A stretch of DNA of 63,928 bases, filler included, from Octopus bimaculoides (taxonomy: Eukaryota): assembly GCF_001194135.2 (NCBI RefSeq). It is 9 parts of 9 records of this genome, joined end to end, with 100 filler letters (N's around TTAATTAATTAA, not from the genome) between each part and the next. Parts side by side here need not be neighbours in the genome. Positions count along the whole stretch, not along the records: positions 1 to 18,966 come from NC_069000.1; 8 more parts are not named here. The stretch is one strand, 5' to 3'. A program made the position numbers and the translations under genes. Below the pieces are notes generated by a model. The model searched no databases, was not told where the DNA came from, and was given only the letters and a program-made list of their open reading frames with translations. Below, in pieces: positions 1-11,998 of this stretch; positions within the stretch are counted from its first letter, which is position 1; every line of letters begins with the position of its first letter.

Positions 1-191
1 GAGCTGGCAGAATCGTTAGCGCGTATTTTGTGTGTCTTTACGTTCTGAGTTCAAATTCCGCCAAGGTCGACTTTGCTTTTCATCCTTTCGGGGTCGATAA
101 ATTAAGTAACAGTTGCGTACTGAGGTCGATCTAATCGACTCAATCCCTTCCCCAAATTTCAGGCCTTGTGCCTTTAGCAAAAAGGATTATT
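1..191 (+). mobile_element. tRNA-derived SINE, family A, tail type ii (5' end cut by window edge)
   Basis: Head GAGCTGGCAGAATCGTTAGC, B-box-like GAGTTCAAATTCC, core GTCGACTTTGCTTTTCATCCTTTCGGGGTCGATAAATTAAGTA and tail CCCCAAATTTCAGGCCTTGTGCC; the same modules recur many times in the window. Confidence 0.9.
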
Positions 192-195
192 TTTC

Positions 196-284
196 TTTTC
201 TACTCTAGGCACAAGGCTCGAAATTTGGGGCGAGGGGGCCAGTCGATTAGATCGACCCCAGTATGCAACTGGTACTTAATTTAT
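196..284 (-). mobile_element. SINE family A 3' half, tail type ii
   Basis: Reverse complement reads ATAAATTAAGTACCAGTTGCATACTGGGGTCGATCTAATCGACTGGCCCCCTCGCCCCAAATTTCGAGCCTTGTGCCTAGAGTAGA, matching the 3' half of the copy at 1-191. Confidence 0.85.
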
Positions 285-327
285 GGACTTGTGCCGTTGA
301 AGAAATCACTACTAAAAAACGCCGTTG

Positions 328-451
328 TCATCATCATAATCACCATTATCAGTACCATAATCATCATCGTCGTCACCATCACTATCATCATCACCACCAC
401 CACCTTCATCATCATCATCATCATCATCATCTTCATCATAATCATCATCAT
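328..451. repeat. Degenerate (ATC/ACC)n microsatellite
   Basis: Direct reading; source of the poly-I and poly-H ORFs. Confidence 0.9.
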
Positions 452-559
452 TTAATTTAGTTTCTTCCTAATGTTTGTTATTTCCGTGTGTTGTATATGT
501 ATGTGTGTGTTTTGTGTGTGTGATTTATGCATTCTGATAGATTCATATGACACTTAATG

Positions 560-560
560 G

Positions 561-591
<31 letters not shown>

Positions 592-690
592 TAGGAGAGA
601 GAGTAGGAGGAAGAGAGAAGTAGTGAGAGAGGAGAGAGAGTGAGAGAGTGAGAGAGAGAGTAAAGAGAGTCAAGAGAGAAAGAGTGTGTT
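560..690. repeat. (AG)n and degenerate GA-rich tract
   Basis: Direct reading. Confidence 0.9.
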
Positions 691-720
691 AAAGAAAGAG
701 AAAATGATGGAAAGAAAACG

Positions 721-977
721 ATGTTGAGGAGGAGGAGGAAAAGGAGGACGAGGACGACAACGGTGACAATGATGATGATGGTGATGATGACGATGATGAC
801 GATGACGATGATGATGATAGTGATGGCGATGATGATGATGATGATGATGACGACGACGACGACGACGACGACGACGATGANNNNNNNNNNAGAAGAAGAA
901 GAAGAAGAAGAAGAAGAAGAAGAAGAAGAAGAAGAAGAAGAAGAAGAAGAAGAAGAAGAAGAAGAAGAAGAAGAAGA
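721..977. repeat. Compound (GAT/GAC)n and (GAA)n microsatellite spanning a 10-N gap
   Basis: Direct reading. Confidence 0.9.
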
Positions 978-1023
978 ACCGTAATCATAGAATTATCCCA
1001 TCGGCTACCATACTTTTAGTTGG

Positions 1024-1072
<49 letters not shown>

Positions 1073-1100
1073 AAATGAAATATCCAGCAGTCTGTAGTAC

Positions 1101-1143
<43 letters not shown>

Positions 1144-1172
1144 GGTGGTGGTGGTGGTGGCGGTGGTGGTAG
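1024..1172. repeat. (CTA)n, short spacer, (TAG)n, then (GGT)n
   Basis: Direct reading; the first two tracts are reverse complements. Confidence 0.9.
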
Positions 1173-1261
1173 TAGGTCTGTCCACAAATCTTCATTTCTG
1201 TCTTAAACGAAGAAATCAATAGTTACCATTCCAACCAACTTACATTACCAAAGAAGTCTGA

Positions 1262-1408
1262 TATTGATTTCTTACTCTGGAACATGGCCATAAATATGGG
1301 GGAGTGGAGGGGGTTTATGATGGATTCAGTCGACCCCACAACATTATTGACTTCCAGATGAACAAAAGATGGAGTAAACCTCGGCGGGATTTGAACTCAG
1401 GACGTAAT
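1262..1408 (-). mobile_element. Degraded SINE family A fragment
   Basis: GTCGACCCC and AACCTCGGCGGGATTTGAACTCAG match the reverse complement of family A core and B-box. Confidence 0.55.
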
Positions 1409-1412
1409 TGTC

Positions 1413-1679
1413 ACACCATGGGTTATGATGACGAGGCTTCCAGTTGATACGATCAACGGAACAGCTTGGTCGGAAAATTAACGTGCAAGTGGCTGAGTAC
1501 TCCGCAGACACGCATACCTTTAAGGCAGTTTTTAAGGAAATTCGGCGTGACATAGAATGTAACAAGGCTGGCCCCTTTGAAATACGGATACGACGCATTT
1601 TTGCCAGTTGAGTGGACTGGAGTTAAGTGCAATAAAGTGTCTTGTTCAAGGTCACAACGCGTTACCGGGTCTCGAACTC

Positions 1680-1680
<1 letters not shown>
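1413..1680 (-). mobile_element. SINE family D
   Basis: Reverse complement aligns with 1742-2060 (TTGTG..CTTGA.CAAGACACTTTATT, CTCCAGTCCACTCA, CAGCCACTTGCACGTTAATTT, GTTCCGTTGATCG). Confidence 0.85.
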
Positions 1681-1716
<36 letters not shown>

Positions 1717-1741
1717 NNNNNNNNNNNNNNNNNNNNNNNNN

Positions 1742-2060
1742 AGGCACGGGACTTAGTGGTTGGGGCATTCCGTCACGATCGTAAGGTCGTGAGTTCAGTT
1801 TCCGGCGACGCGTTGTGTCCTTGAGCAAGACACTTTATTTCACGTTGCTCCAGTCCACTCAGCTGGCAAAAATGAGTAGTACCTGTATTTCAAAGGGTCA
1901 GCCTTGTCACACGCTGTGTCACGCTGAATTTCTCTGAAAATTACGTTAAGGATACACGTGTCTGTGGAGTGATCAGCCACTTGCACGTTAATTTCACGAG
2001 CAGGCTGTTCCGTTGATCGGATCAGCTGGAAACCTCGTCATCGTAACCGACGGAGTGCAA
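1742..2060 (+). mobile_element. SINE family D, near full length
   Basis: tRNA-like head (TTAGTGGTT..GAGTTCAGTTTCC), TGTTGTGTCCTTGAGCAAGACACTTT segment resembling V/CORE-type SINE cores, and 3' module CACTTGCACGTTAATTTCACGAGCAGGCTGTTCCGTTGATCGGATC..CGTAACCGACGGAGTGC. Confidence 0.9.
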
Positions 2061-2105
<45 letters not shown>

Positions 2106-3686
2106 CAATTTGAGGAAGATCTGACTGTTTTTCCCAGCACAGTCAGCAACCACACAGAGACTTCCGGCTCTCGTTTCCCTCCAGCTACGAACGAGAATTG
2201 CTAAATCTGTCAACGCAAGTTTACGGAATCGACATCAAGCAAGGAAACGCTGCTATTACTTGGGAACGGTAAACTAAACGCATTAATTACCTCCTTCGGT
2301 TTAGTTAATTAGTTAATTACATTTTATTACACTCTAACTGGTTTATTTTGAGTTAGGGGTGTGGAGTTCTTATGTGTCTTTGTTATCTTATGAATATCTG
2401 CACACCGCCGGAAGTTGGACAGTCCGATATCTTTTAGAGATGGAGAGAGGAAGCTGAGATTTTTACTGTAGACATACCTGAGGATAGCATGTATAAATAA
2501 TGAGCGTTAATGAATGAATAAATAATTGATGATATATACAAATATACATACATATGTATATTTACATATACAAACACGCAAATACACAAATACAAATATA
2601 TATATATATATGTATGTAAACATATATATATATACACATATAAATAAACATATATATACATATATGAATATATGTGTGTGTGTTTGTATGTGTATATATA
2701 TATATATATATATGTATGTGTATATATATATATATATATATATNNNNNNNNNNNNNNNNNNNNNNNNNNNNNNNNNNNNNNNNNNNNNNNNNNNNNNNNN
2801 NNNNNNNNNNNNNNNNNNNNNNNNNNNNNNNNNNNNNNNNNNNNNNNNNNNNNNNNNNNNNNNNNNNNNNNNNNNNNNNNNNNNNNNNNNNNNNNNNNNN
2901 NNNNNNNNNNNNNNNNNNNNNNNNNNNNNNNNNNNNNNNNNNNNNNNNNNNNNNNNNNNNNNNNNNNNNNNNNNNNNNNNNNNNNNNNNNNNNNNNNNNN
3001 NNNNNNNNNNNNNNNNNNNNNNNNNNNNNNNNNNNNNNNNNNNNNNNNNNNNNNNNNNNNNNNNNNNNNNNNNNNNNNNNNNNNNNNNNNNNNNNNNNNN
3101 NNNNNNNNNNNNNNNNNNNNNNNNNNNNNNNNNNNNNNNNNNNNNNNNNNNNNNNNNNNNNNNNNNNNNNNNNNNNNNNNNNNNNNNNNNNNNNNNNNNN
3201 NNNNNNNNNNNNNNNNNNNNNNNNNNNNNNNNNNNNNNNNNNNNNNNNNNNNNNNNNNNNNNNNNNNNNNNNNNNNNNNNNNNNNNNNNNNNNNNNNNNN
3301 NNNNNNNNNNNNNNNNNNNNNNNNNNNNNNNNNNNNNNNNNNNNNNNNNNNNNNNNNNNNNNNNNNNNNNNNNNNNNNNNNNNNNNNNNNNNNNNNNNNN
3401 NNNNNNNNNNNNNNNNNNNNNNNNNNNNNNNNNNNNNNNNNNNNNNNNNNNNNNNNNNNNNNNNNNNNNNNNNNNNNNNNNNNNNNNNNNNNNNNNNNNN
3501 NNNNNNNNNNNNNNNNNNNNNNNNNNNNNNNNNNNNNGGGTCTGATACTTCATTAACTATTTTCTCCTCTGAAGATGAGAGATTCGCTCGAAATATAAGG
3601 AATTAGATTATCTATTCACTCTTTACATTGTAAGAAGCTGTTCTCGTTATTTCTTTATCGTTTTCGTGTATCACAATGCTTCAATC

Positions 3687-3735
<49 letters not shown>

Positions 3736-4306
3736 CAATTTACCTTTATCGTTTACATCATATATATATATCTTTCCCTCACCTATTTCCCTCTTCTTTC
3801 CTTCTCCCTTCTCTCTCTCTCTCTCTTTCTTTCCCTCTCTCTCTCTCTCTATTTCTCTCTTTCTCCCTCTCATACACACACACACTTTTTTTTATATCTT
3901 GTCTTCTTTTTCACCGAAGCGAGAAAATATTTTGAACAAAATTGTTTTTTTTTTTCAAAGCAAAATCATACCGGAAAAATACATAATCATAATAATTGGA
4001 AGATTAAAAATTAAAACTAACTAATTAACTAATTAGATAACTGCAATATGCTAATCAGATACCGTGGATATTGTTACCGCCTCATTCGTTTCATTTCCTT
4101 CTGTATTTTTTCACTAAAACCGTTGTTGTGTTTTAATTACCGCTGAAACTTTTGTTGCCGCTGCCATTTTCTGTTTGCTTTAAGTGTTTCAAAATCCATG
4201 GGGCGTTTTGTTGCTGTTGAACCCGAGGTAAACCCCGGATTGAGTTTTCCTACGATTGAAGGCTTTCTACCTTCAACTTTCCTCTCATTTTGTCTTGAAC
4301 TATAAA

Positions 4307-4462
4307 GTGGCATTCCGTCGGTTACGACGACGAGTGTTCCAGTTGATCCGATCAACAAAACCGCTTGCTTGTGAAATTAACATGCAAGTGGCTGAGTACT
4401 CCACAGACAAGCGTTTCCTTAAAGAAGTCTTCAGGGAGATTCACCGTAACACAGAATGCAGA
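4307..4462 (-). mobile_element. SINE family D 3' module
   Basis: GGCATTCCGTCGGTTACGACGACGAG..GAAATTAACATGCAAGTGGCTGAGTACTCCACAGAC is the reverse complement of the family D 3' module; CpGs intact. Confidence 0.85.
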
Positions 4463-5737
4463 AGAGAAACAATAAGTGTATGGATCTGGGAAGGGATTAT
4501 GTTGCTTAAAATTATAATTAACTGATCCTCTTGTATTTTCTTTTACCCAAAGCCAAGAACTTTTCAACACTCCCTCGTATATTTGCTTTTGTGTTTACTG
4601 CATTCACTTAATATATGATTATTACCTTCCTCTCGTTCTCCACAGATTCTGCATACGCTCTCTGACTGAATTTCGTCAATTTTTCTCGAAGTTAACATCG
4701 GTTTTTTTTTGTTCTTTTTTTTGATAAAACAAGCACTCTCAATTTCTCCCCTCCCTTTCTAACTTTCTCTATTTCTCTTTCTCTCCCTCTTCCTCTCCCT
4801 CTTCTTCTCCCACTCTCTTCCTGCTTCCGTTTTTGCTTAACTCTTGATTTGTTCTAAACCATTTCTTGGAGTAACACTCCATGATAGACCTTCTACTCTA
4901 CCCTGCGGCCTCGAGGACGCTTTTGGTGTTGTTGTCATTATAATTATGGATGTACATGTTGTTGTAATTACTGTTGCTGCTGCTGTTGTTGTTGTTGTTG
5001 TCGACTATGTCTTTTTATTGTTTCTGTTATTGTGGCTGTCATCATTGTTTTTACCGTGATCCTCATTATTTTTTAAGTTATTTATTGACGTTGTTGTTTT
5101 TTATGTCATCATTGTTACTATTGTCATTGTTGGCATCACTGTTTTGTCATTATTGCTGTTCTTCCTCTTCTTTTCCGTTTTTCTTCTTTTTTTTTCATCA
5201 TGATCGCTTTTTTCTTCATCTTTTTCCTCTCTTCCTTCTTTCTTTCTTACCTTTTTTCATCGTCATCATCAACCTTCTTCCTCTTCTTCATCTTCTGCTC
5301 CTTCTTCGTCTTCTTCTTCACTTTCTTCGTCTTCTTCTTGCTGTTGGCAAATATCTACTAATTAATAATCGCACAAAAAAAATATATTTATTCAAACAAA
5401 TTTTCTTTGTATTTCGAATTTTGCGCTATATTTTTGTTTTTACGTCTTTATTTTTTTCCAAACAAAAAGAAAAAGAATTTACCAATCACAAAGAATTCGA
5501 TTTCTTGCTATGTCACATGATTATTACTTCTTTCGTTTACTTTTGAGATTTTAAATTTTATTTTATTTTATTTTATTTTATTTTATTCAAAATATATTGC
5601 AATATCAAATGTTACTGAGGAAATAATAAATTTCCTTGGTATAACAACAGACTACGACCATCACCACCAACACCTCTTTTCCATCCACGCCAAACCATCC
5701 TCATTCACGGTTTCGCTCAGCAGAGAAAAATACATCA

Positions 5738-5920
5738 TTGGCTGCAGGCTGCTGGTTAAGAAGTTCGTTCTGTAACAACTAAGAGCACGAGTATCAGGTT
5801 CGATCCCCGTGCGCAGCTGCTTCAGCACCTGCGTCTTCTATCTTAGCCAAGGGTTGGTCTATGATTTGTCACCGGAAATTAGTACACGGAAACTAAAAGA
5901 AAGACCGTCGAGTATGTATG

Positions 5921-5925
<5 letters not shown>
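5738..5925 (+). mobile_element. Diverged SINE family B head followed by (TG)n
   Basis: GGTTAAGAAGTT..GGTTCGATCCC..GTCTTCTA..GGAAACTAAAAGAAAGACCGTCG parallels the cleaner head at 11068-11240. Confidence 0.65.
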
Positions 5926-6007
<82 letters not shown>

Positions 6008-6029
6008 ATACACATATGTATGAATGTAG

Positions 6030-6390
6030 GTGTCTGACACTAAGCACGTGAGAGTGCTCACGATGACGTGTTACAGGAGAATGTTACGCATCAGTTGGAC
6101 GGACTACAGAACGCATAATTCAGTCCTAATGGACGTAGAATCTGAAGGAAAATTTGCTGACGAGGATCAGACGGCGAAAGTGCAATATTTTTGTCACGTT
6201 ATCAGGACCCACAATCTTTGTACCTCTCTCTCTTTGATGCTGAGTTGACGGAAAATTGTTGGAGGGCGACAAAGATTAAAGACGGTGCAATAAAATCGAA
6301 TGACGGTGTGTCGAGCTGCAGCCCGAGAGGGCAGTGTGCGCTTATGAGTGGTAACCAAGTCTGAGACCCCCACAGAACATCAATCATAAC
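6030..6390 (+). mobile_element. RTE/BovB-type LINE 3' fragment (post-RT region), decayed
   Basis: Translation MTCYRRMLRISWTDYRTHNSVL..KVQYFCHVIR matches the RTE C-terminal pattern (CYRRMLRISW..TN..VL..YFGHV.R). Confidence 0.8.
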
Positions 6391-6394
6391 GAGA

Positions 6395-6525
6395 CTTTGC
6401 CTTTAACCGTTCCGGGGTTCGATGAAATAACTACCAGTTAAAAACTAGGGTCAATATAATTGGCTAACCCATTCCCACCAAAATTCCAAGCCTTGTGCTT
6501 ATAGTAGAAAAGATTTTATATTAGC
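6395..6525 (+). mobile_element. SINE family A 3' fragment, tail type ii
   Basis: ACTTTGCCTTT..CCGGGGTTCGATGAAATAACTACCAGTT..CAAAATTCCAAGCCTTGTGCTTATAGTAGAAAAGATT. Confidence 0.7.
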
Positions 6526-6546
6526 AGTAGAAAAGACAGGCATGAA

Positions 6547-6826
6547 GGAGACAGCACGTCTGTGAACCAAAGGAGGCAGCAGGTATGTGGACCAAAGGAT
6601 ACAGCACGTCTGTGGACCAAAGGAGACAGCACGTCTGTGAACCAAAGGAGGCAGCAGGTATGTGGACCAAAGGAGACAGCACGTCTGTGAACCAAAGGAG
6701 ACAGCACGTCTGTGGACCNNNNNNNNNNAGGCAGCAGGTATGTGGACCAAAGGAGACAGCACGTCTGTGAACCAAAGGAGACAGCACGTCTGTGGACCAA
6801 AGGAGACAGCACGTCTGTGGACCAAA
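6547..6826 (+). repeat. 25-bp minisatellite, about 11 visible units, three variants
   Basis: Units GGAGACAGCACGTCTGTGAACCAAA, GGAGGCAGCAGGTATGTGGACCAAA and GGAGACAGCACGTCTGTGGACCAAA, directly adjacent, one internal 10-N gap. Confidence 0.95.
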
Positions 6827-7941
6827 AGATGAAACCTGTCTCTGATAGATTCGATCCTAATCTGTCCAGTGATTATTCTCGCCTTAAAAAAAAATGAAAA
6901 AATGTTTTAATATTTACATCTAAACTACGGTATAAGTATGGATATTAAGAGCTTCTGTCTTTTTATTTCAAAAGGAAAGAAATGTGCTATTTCATTATTA
7001 ATGCATATATCATCTTGAATTAAGTAGTGTTGATGTAAATCTTAAAACAGTTCTCATCTCTGAAAATCAGATTAATAATGCGAAAAACCATATGCAGATA
7101 AACAATAATTCGTCTCAAAATTCCAGACATTTCGTATAACTTGCAAATAGTCGAACCTCTTATACTGACTCACATGTTATCTTAACGCATATTTATCTCA
7201 ACATAAATCAGCGCCAGAATTTCTTCAGTGCTACTGTAAAATAGCGAATATTTACGACCAACTCAACATATTAGTTATTATTAAATCATAAACGGTCTGT
7301 GTCATAAAGACATGAAATTGTATATTTTCTTATTATTGCAATAATTTTGTGTCCTGCACAGTAAACTACCATTTCACAGTATACAGTCGAGTTGATACTG
7401 GAAAACTATATCTCGGAAAGCGATATGTATATCTATATATGTGCATAAAGGTATATCACATACACACAAAAACACATATATATACATATACATGTATATA
7501 TATGCATATATGTATACATATACATATACATATATATATATGTATATATATATAAATATACATATATACATACATATATATGAAGAAAATCTCGAACGCA
7601 GGAGAATAGCTATGAAAACAGCTTTTAAAATTCGGGTAATAATACCCCTAAAGACGGAAAAAATGGCCAGGAGCAGCCACAGAGCACCGAACTCTATTTC
7701 CCCCCAAATTCAGGTTGAACACTCTATGCCATTGGGCTAAACAGTACAGAACACTCAGCTGGAATTTCAGATATACAAAATTCGCTTCTCTGTTGCGGCG
7801 TCTGGCAAACAAACTTTTCCCTCAATGGAGGTAATTTTAATCGATTGTTTAAAAACTATTTCCGCAATTATTCTCCTGCATTCGAGATTTTCATTCTAAA
7901 AATATTTCAACTCACTCGACGCTTCTATGGTTGTATAAATA

Positions 7942-7994
<53 letters not shown>

Positions 7995-8079
7995 NNNNNN
8001 NNNNAAGACTGCTTTTTTTACGGATTCTGTGGTGTCGCAGGATTACTTGTTTCGGCTGAGAGAACGAGAACGACGTGAA

Positions 8080-8163
<84 letters not shown>
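8080..8163. repeat. (ATT)n fused directly to (AAT)n; perfect 72-bp palindrome at 8092-8163
   Basis: Direct reading; centre TT|AA at 8127/8128. Confidence 0.9.
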
Positions 8164-8164
<1 letters not shown>

Positions 8165-8554
8165 TCTTTCACACCATGAATCCGAGTAGTTTATCAAGCA
8201 GGTTGGTCACTTAACAACTGGAAGACACGAAAACCAGGATGTTTTCAAGGTTTTATTTTTTTCCTTTTAATTTTTTTTTCTTCTTCGTCAGAAATTAATT
8301 TCATCTTTCCATTACAATGAAAACATGTTTGAATAATAACTTGAACAACAAATGCGCGCGCGCGCACACACACACACAGACACATACACATGCAAGAATA
8401 TATATGTATATGCAATTAGGCCGAAGGTGCATATATAAAAGTCATATGTCAGATTTATAAATATGTACTTGCATATATATATATTATACGTGAATATTTT
8501 ATTATTATTATTATTATTTTATTATCATATACACACACACACACACACACGCAC

Positions 8555-8604
<50 letters not shown>

Positions 8605-9654
8605 NNNNNNNNNNNNNNNNNNNNNNNNNNNNNNNNNNNNNNNNNNNNNNNNNNNNNNNNNNNNNNNNNNNNNNNNNNNNNNNNNNNNNNNNNNNNNNNN
8701 NNNNNNNNNNNNNNNNNNNNNNNNNNNNNNNNNNNNNNNNNNNNNNNNNNNNNNNNNNNNNNNNNNNNNNNNNNNNNNNNNNNNNNNNNNNNNNNNNNNN
8801 NNNNNNNNNNNNNNNNNNNNNNNNNNNNNNNNNNNNNNNNNNNNNNNNNNNNNNNNNNNNNNNNNNNNNNNNNNNNNNNNNNNNNNNNNNNNNNNNNNNN
8901 NNNNNNNNNNNNNNNNNNNNNNNNNNNNNNNNNNNNNNNNNNNNNNNNNNNNNNNNNNNNNNNNNNNNNNNNNNNNNNNNNNNNNNNNNNNNNNNNNNNN
9001 NNNNNNNNNNNNNNNNNNNNNNNNNNNNNNNNNNNNNNNNNNNNNNNNNNNNNNNNNNNNNNNNNNNNNNNNNNNNNNNNNNNNNNNNNNNNNNNNNNNN
9101 NNNNNNNNNNNNNNNNNNNNNNNNNNNNNNNNNNNNNNNNNNNNNNNNNNNNNNNNNNNNNNNNNNNNNNNNNNNNNNNNNNNNNNNNNNNNNNNNNNNN
9201 NNNNNNNNNNNNNNNNNNNNNNNNNNNNNNNNNNNNNNNNNNNNNNNNNNNNNNNNNNNNNNNNNNNNNNNNNNNNNNNNNNNNNNNNNNNNNNNNNNNN
9301 NNNNNNNNNNNNNNNNNNNNNNNNNNNNNNNNNNNNNNNNNNNNNNNNNNNNNNNNNNNNNNNNNNNNNNNNNNNNNNNNNNNNNNNNNNNNNNNNNNNN
9401 NNNNNNNNNNNNNNNNNNNNNNNNNNNNNNNNNNNNNNNNNNNNNNNNNNNNNNNNNNNNNNNNNNNNNNNNNNNNNNNNNNNNNNNNNNNNNNNNNNNN
9501 NNNNNNNNNNNNNNNNNNNNNNNNNNNNNNNNNNNNNNNNNNNNNNNNNNNNNNNNNNNNNNNNNNNNNNNNNNNNNNNNATACATATGAATATATTTTA
9601 TACGAATATATTGTATAATGTTTAACATATAAAAAATATATGCATAAATACACG

Positions 9655-9769
9655 TAGATAGATAGACAGACAGACAGATACATGCATACATACATATATA
9701 CATACATACATGCATGCATACATGCATACATACATACATACATACACAGATAGATTGACAGACAGACCA

Positions 9770-9829
<60 letters not shown>

Positions 9830-9846
9830 GTAGATAGATGGATAGG

Positions 9847-9899
<53 letters not shown>

Positions 9900-9970
9900 G
9901 GATGGATGGATGGATGGATAGATGGATGGATGGATGTAGAGATACATACAAATGCATGCATACATACATA
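9655..9970. repeat. Compound tetranucleotide microsatellite (GATA/GACA/CATA/GATG)
   Basis: Direct reading. Confidence 0.9.
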
Positions 9971-10728
9971 CATCTGATGCGAGAGAATGTTCATAAAAGT
10001 GACATAGATAAGGGTTTTAATTCGTATATATATAAATATATATATATATATANNNNNNNNNNNNNNNNNNNNNNNNNNNNNNNNNNNNNNNNNNNNNNNN
10101 NNNNNNNNNNNNNNNNNNNNNNNNNNNNNNNNNNNNNNNNNNNNNNNNNNNNNNNNNNNNNNNNNNNNNNNNNNNNNNNNNNNNNNNNNNNNNNNNNNNN
10201 NNNNNNNNNNNNNNNNNNNNNNNNNNNNNNNNNNNNNNNNNNNNNNNNNNNNNNNNNNNNNNNNNNNNNNNNNNNNNNNNNNNNNNNNNNNNNNNNNNNN
10301 NNNNNNNNNNNNNNNNNNNNNNNNNNNNNNNNNNNNNNNNNNNNNNNNNNNNNNNNNNNNNNNNNNNNNNNNNNNNNNNNNNNNNNNNNNNNNNNNNNNN
10401 NNNNNNNNNNNNNNNNNNNNNNNNNNNNNNNNNNNNNNNNNNNNNNNNNNNNNNNNNNNNNNNNNNNNNNNNNNNNNNNNNNNNNNNNNNNNNNNNNNNN
10501 NNNNNNNNNNNNNNNNNNNNNNNNNNNNNNNNNNNNNNNNNNNNNNNNNNNNNNNNNNNNNNNNNNNNNNNNNNNNNNNNNNNNNNNNNNNNNNNNNNNN
10601 NNNNNNNNNNNNNNNNNNNNNNNNNNNNNNNNNNNNNNNNNNNNNNNNNNNNNNNNNNNNNNNNNNNNNNNNNNNNNNNNNNNNNNNNNNNNNNNNNNNN
10701 NNNNNNNNNNNNNNNNNNNNNNNNNNNN

Positions 10729-10771
<43 letters not shown>

Positions 10772-10887
10772 GTATGTGTATGCGCATGCATATTCGTACA
10801 TGCAAAGACGAATGTATACACGCATATACAACTCGCAAACATTCGTACACGGCCATGCAAGCTTGGGTATCTCTGTTTCTCAATGTG

Positions 10888-10925
<38 letters not shown>

Positions 10926-11067
10926 GTATATACATATATACACACGCGCTTATAGAGTGAGTGAGGGACACAAATACACACATTTGCATAGACACTGACA
11001 TACATAAACATGCATGCACGTACGTACACACACACACTGACATACATGTTTATATATATACATATAT

Positions 11068-11240
11068 AGGCGCAGGGGTGGCTGTGTGGTAAGAAGCTTG
11101 CTTCCCCACCACATGGTTTCGGGTTCAGTCCCACTGTGTGGCACCTTGGGCAAGTGTCTTCTACTATAGCCTCGGGCCGACCAAAGCCTTGCGAGTGGAT
11201 TTGATAAATGGTAACTGAAAGAAGTTCGTCGTGTATATAT
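11068..11240 (+). mobile_element. SINE family B head (CORE-like), followed by a degenerate TG-rich tract to about 11820
   Basis: GGCGCAGGGGTGGCTGTGTGGTAAGAAGCTTGC (A-box-like), GGGTTCAGTCCC (B-box-like), TGTGGCACCTTGGGCAAGTGTCTT resembling the CORE-SINE core, then GAAAGAAGTTCGTCG. Confidence 0.85.
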
Positions 11241-11246
11241 ATATGT

Positions 11247-11305
<59 letters not shown>

Positions 11306-11507
11306 TGCTTGTGCATGTGTGTGTGCGCGCGTGTGTGTGCATTTGATATAAATATGTGTGTATCTGTGTTTGTGCATGAGTGTGTATGTGATATGAATAG
11401 ATATGTGTGTATGCATGTGTGTGTATGGATGTGTGTGTATGCATGTGTGTATGCATGTGTGTGTATGCATGTGTGTGTGTTTGTGTGTGTGTATGTGTGT
11501 GTATGTA

Positions 11508-11540
<33 letters not shown>

Positions 11541-11928
11541 ATTATTCTTGTATTTGTAATATTTATATGTATTGGAAGTGTAATGCAAATGCTTCTTTGT
11601 GCGTATATGTGTGTGTATGTACGTGTGCGTGTGTCTGTCTGTCTGTATGTGCACGTTTGTGGAGAATTGTATATTTTTCTATACGACTAGGTTCGTGTGT
11701 ATTTTTTTCTCTGTCCTGGTGTTTCATCTGTGAACGTGTGTATGTGAGAGTGTGTGGGCGGCTGTGGGCGTGTGTGCGTGGGTGTTTGCGTGTGTATGTG
11801 TGTGTACGTGTGTGTTTTCCTCAGACAATTTCGTTAATTTTACCACTTGTCAAGAGTGATTGAAAAGAACTGATATTTTTTTTTTTATGTAAATGTTACA
11901 CCCTCTCCTCCTTTTATCATTTTCTCCT

Positions 11929-11998
<70 letters not shown>

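Noticed and set aside
6547-6826. CRISPR-like repeat array
   Set aside because: Units are contiguous with no unique spacers, no cas genes are present, and the context is eukaryotic.
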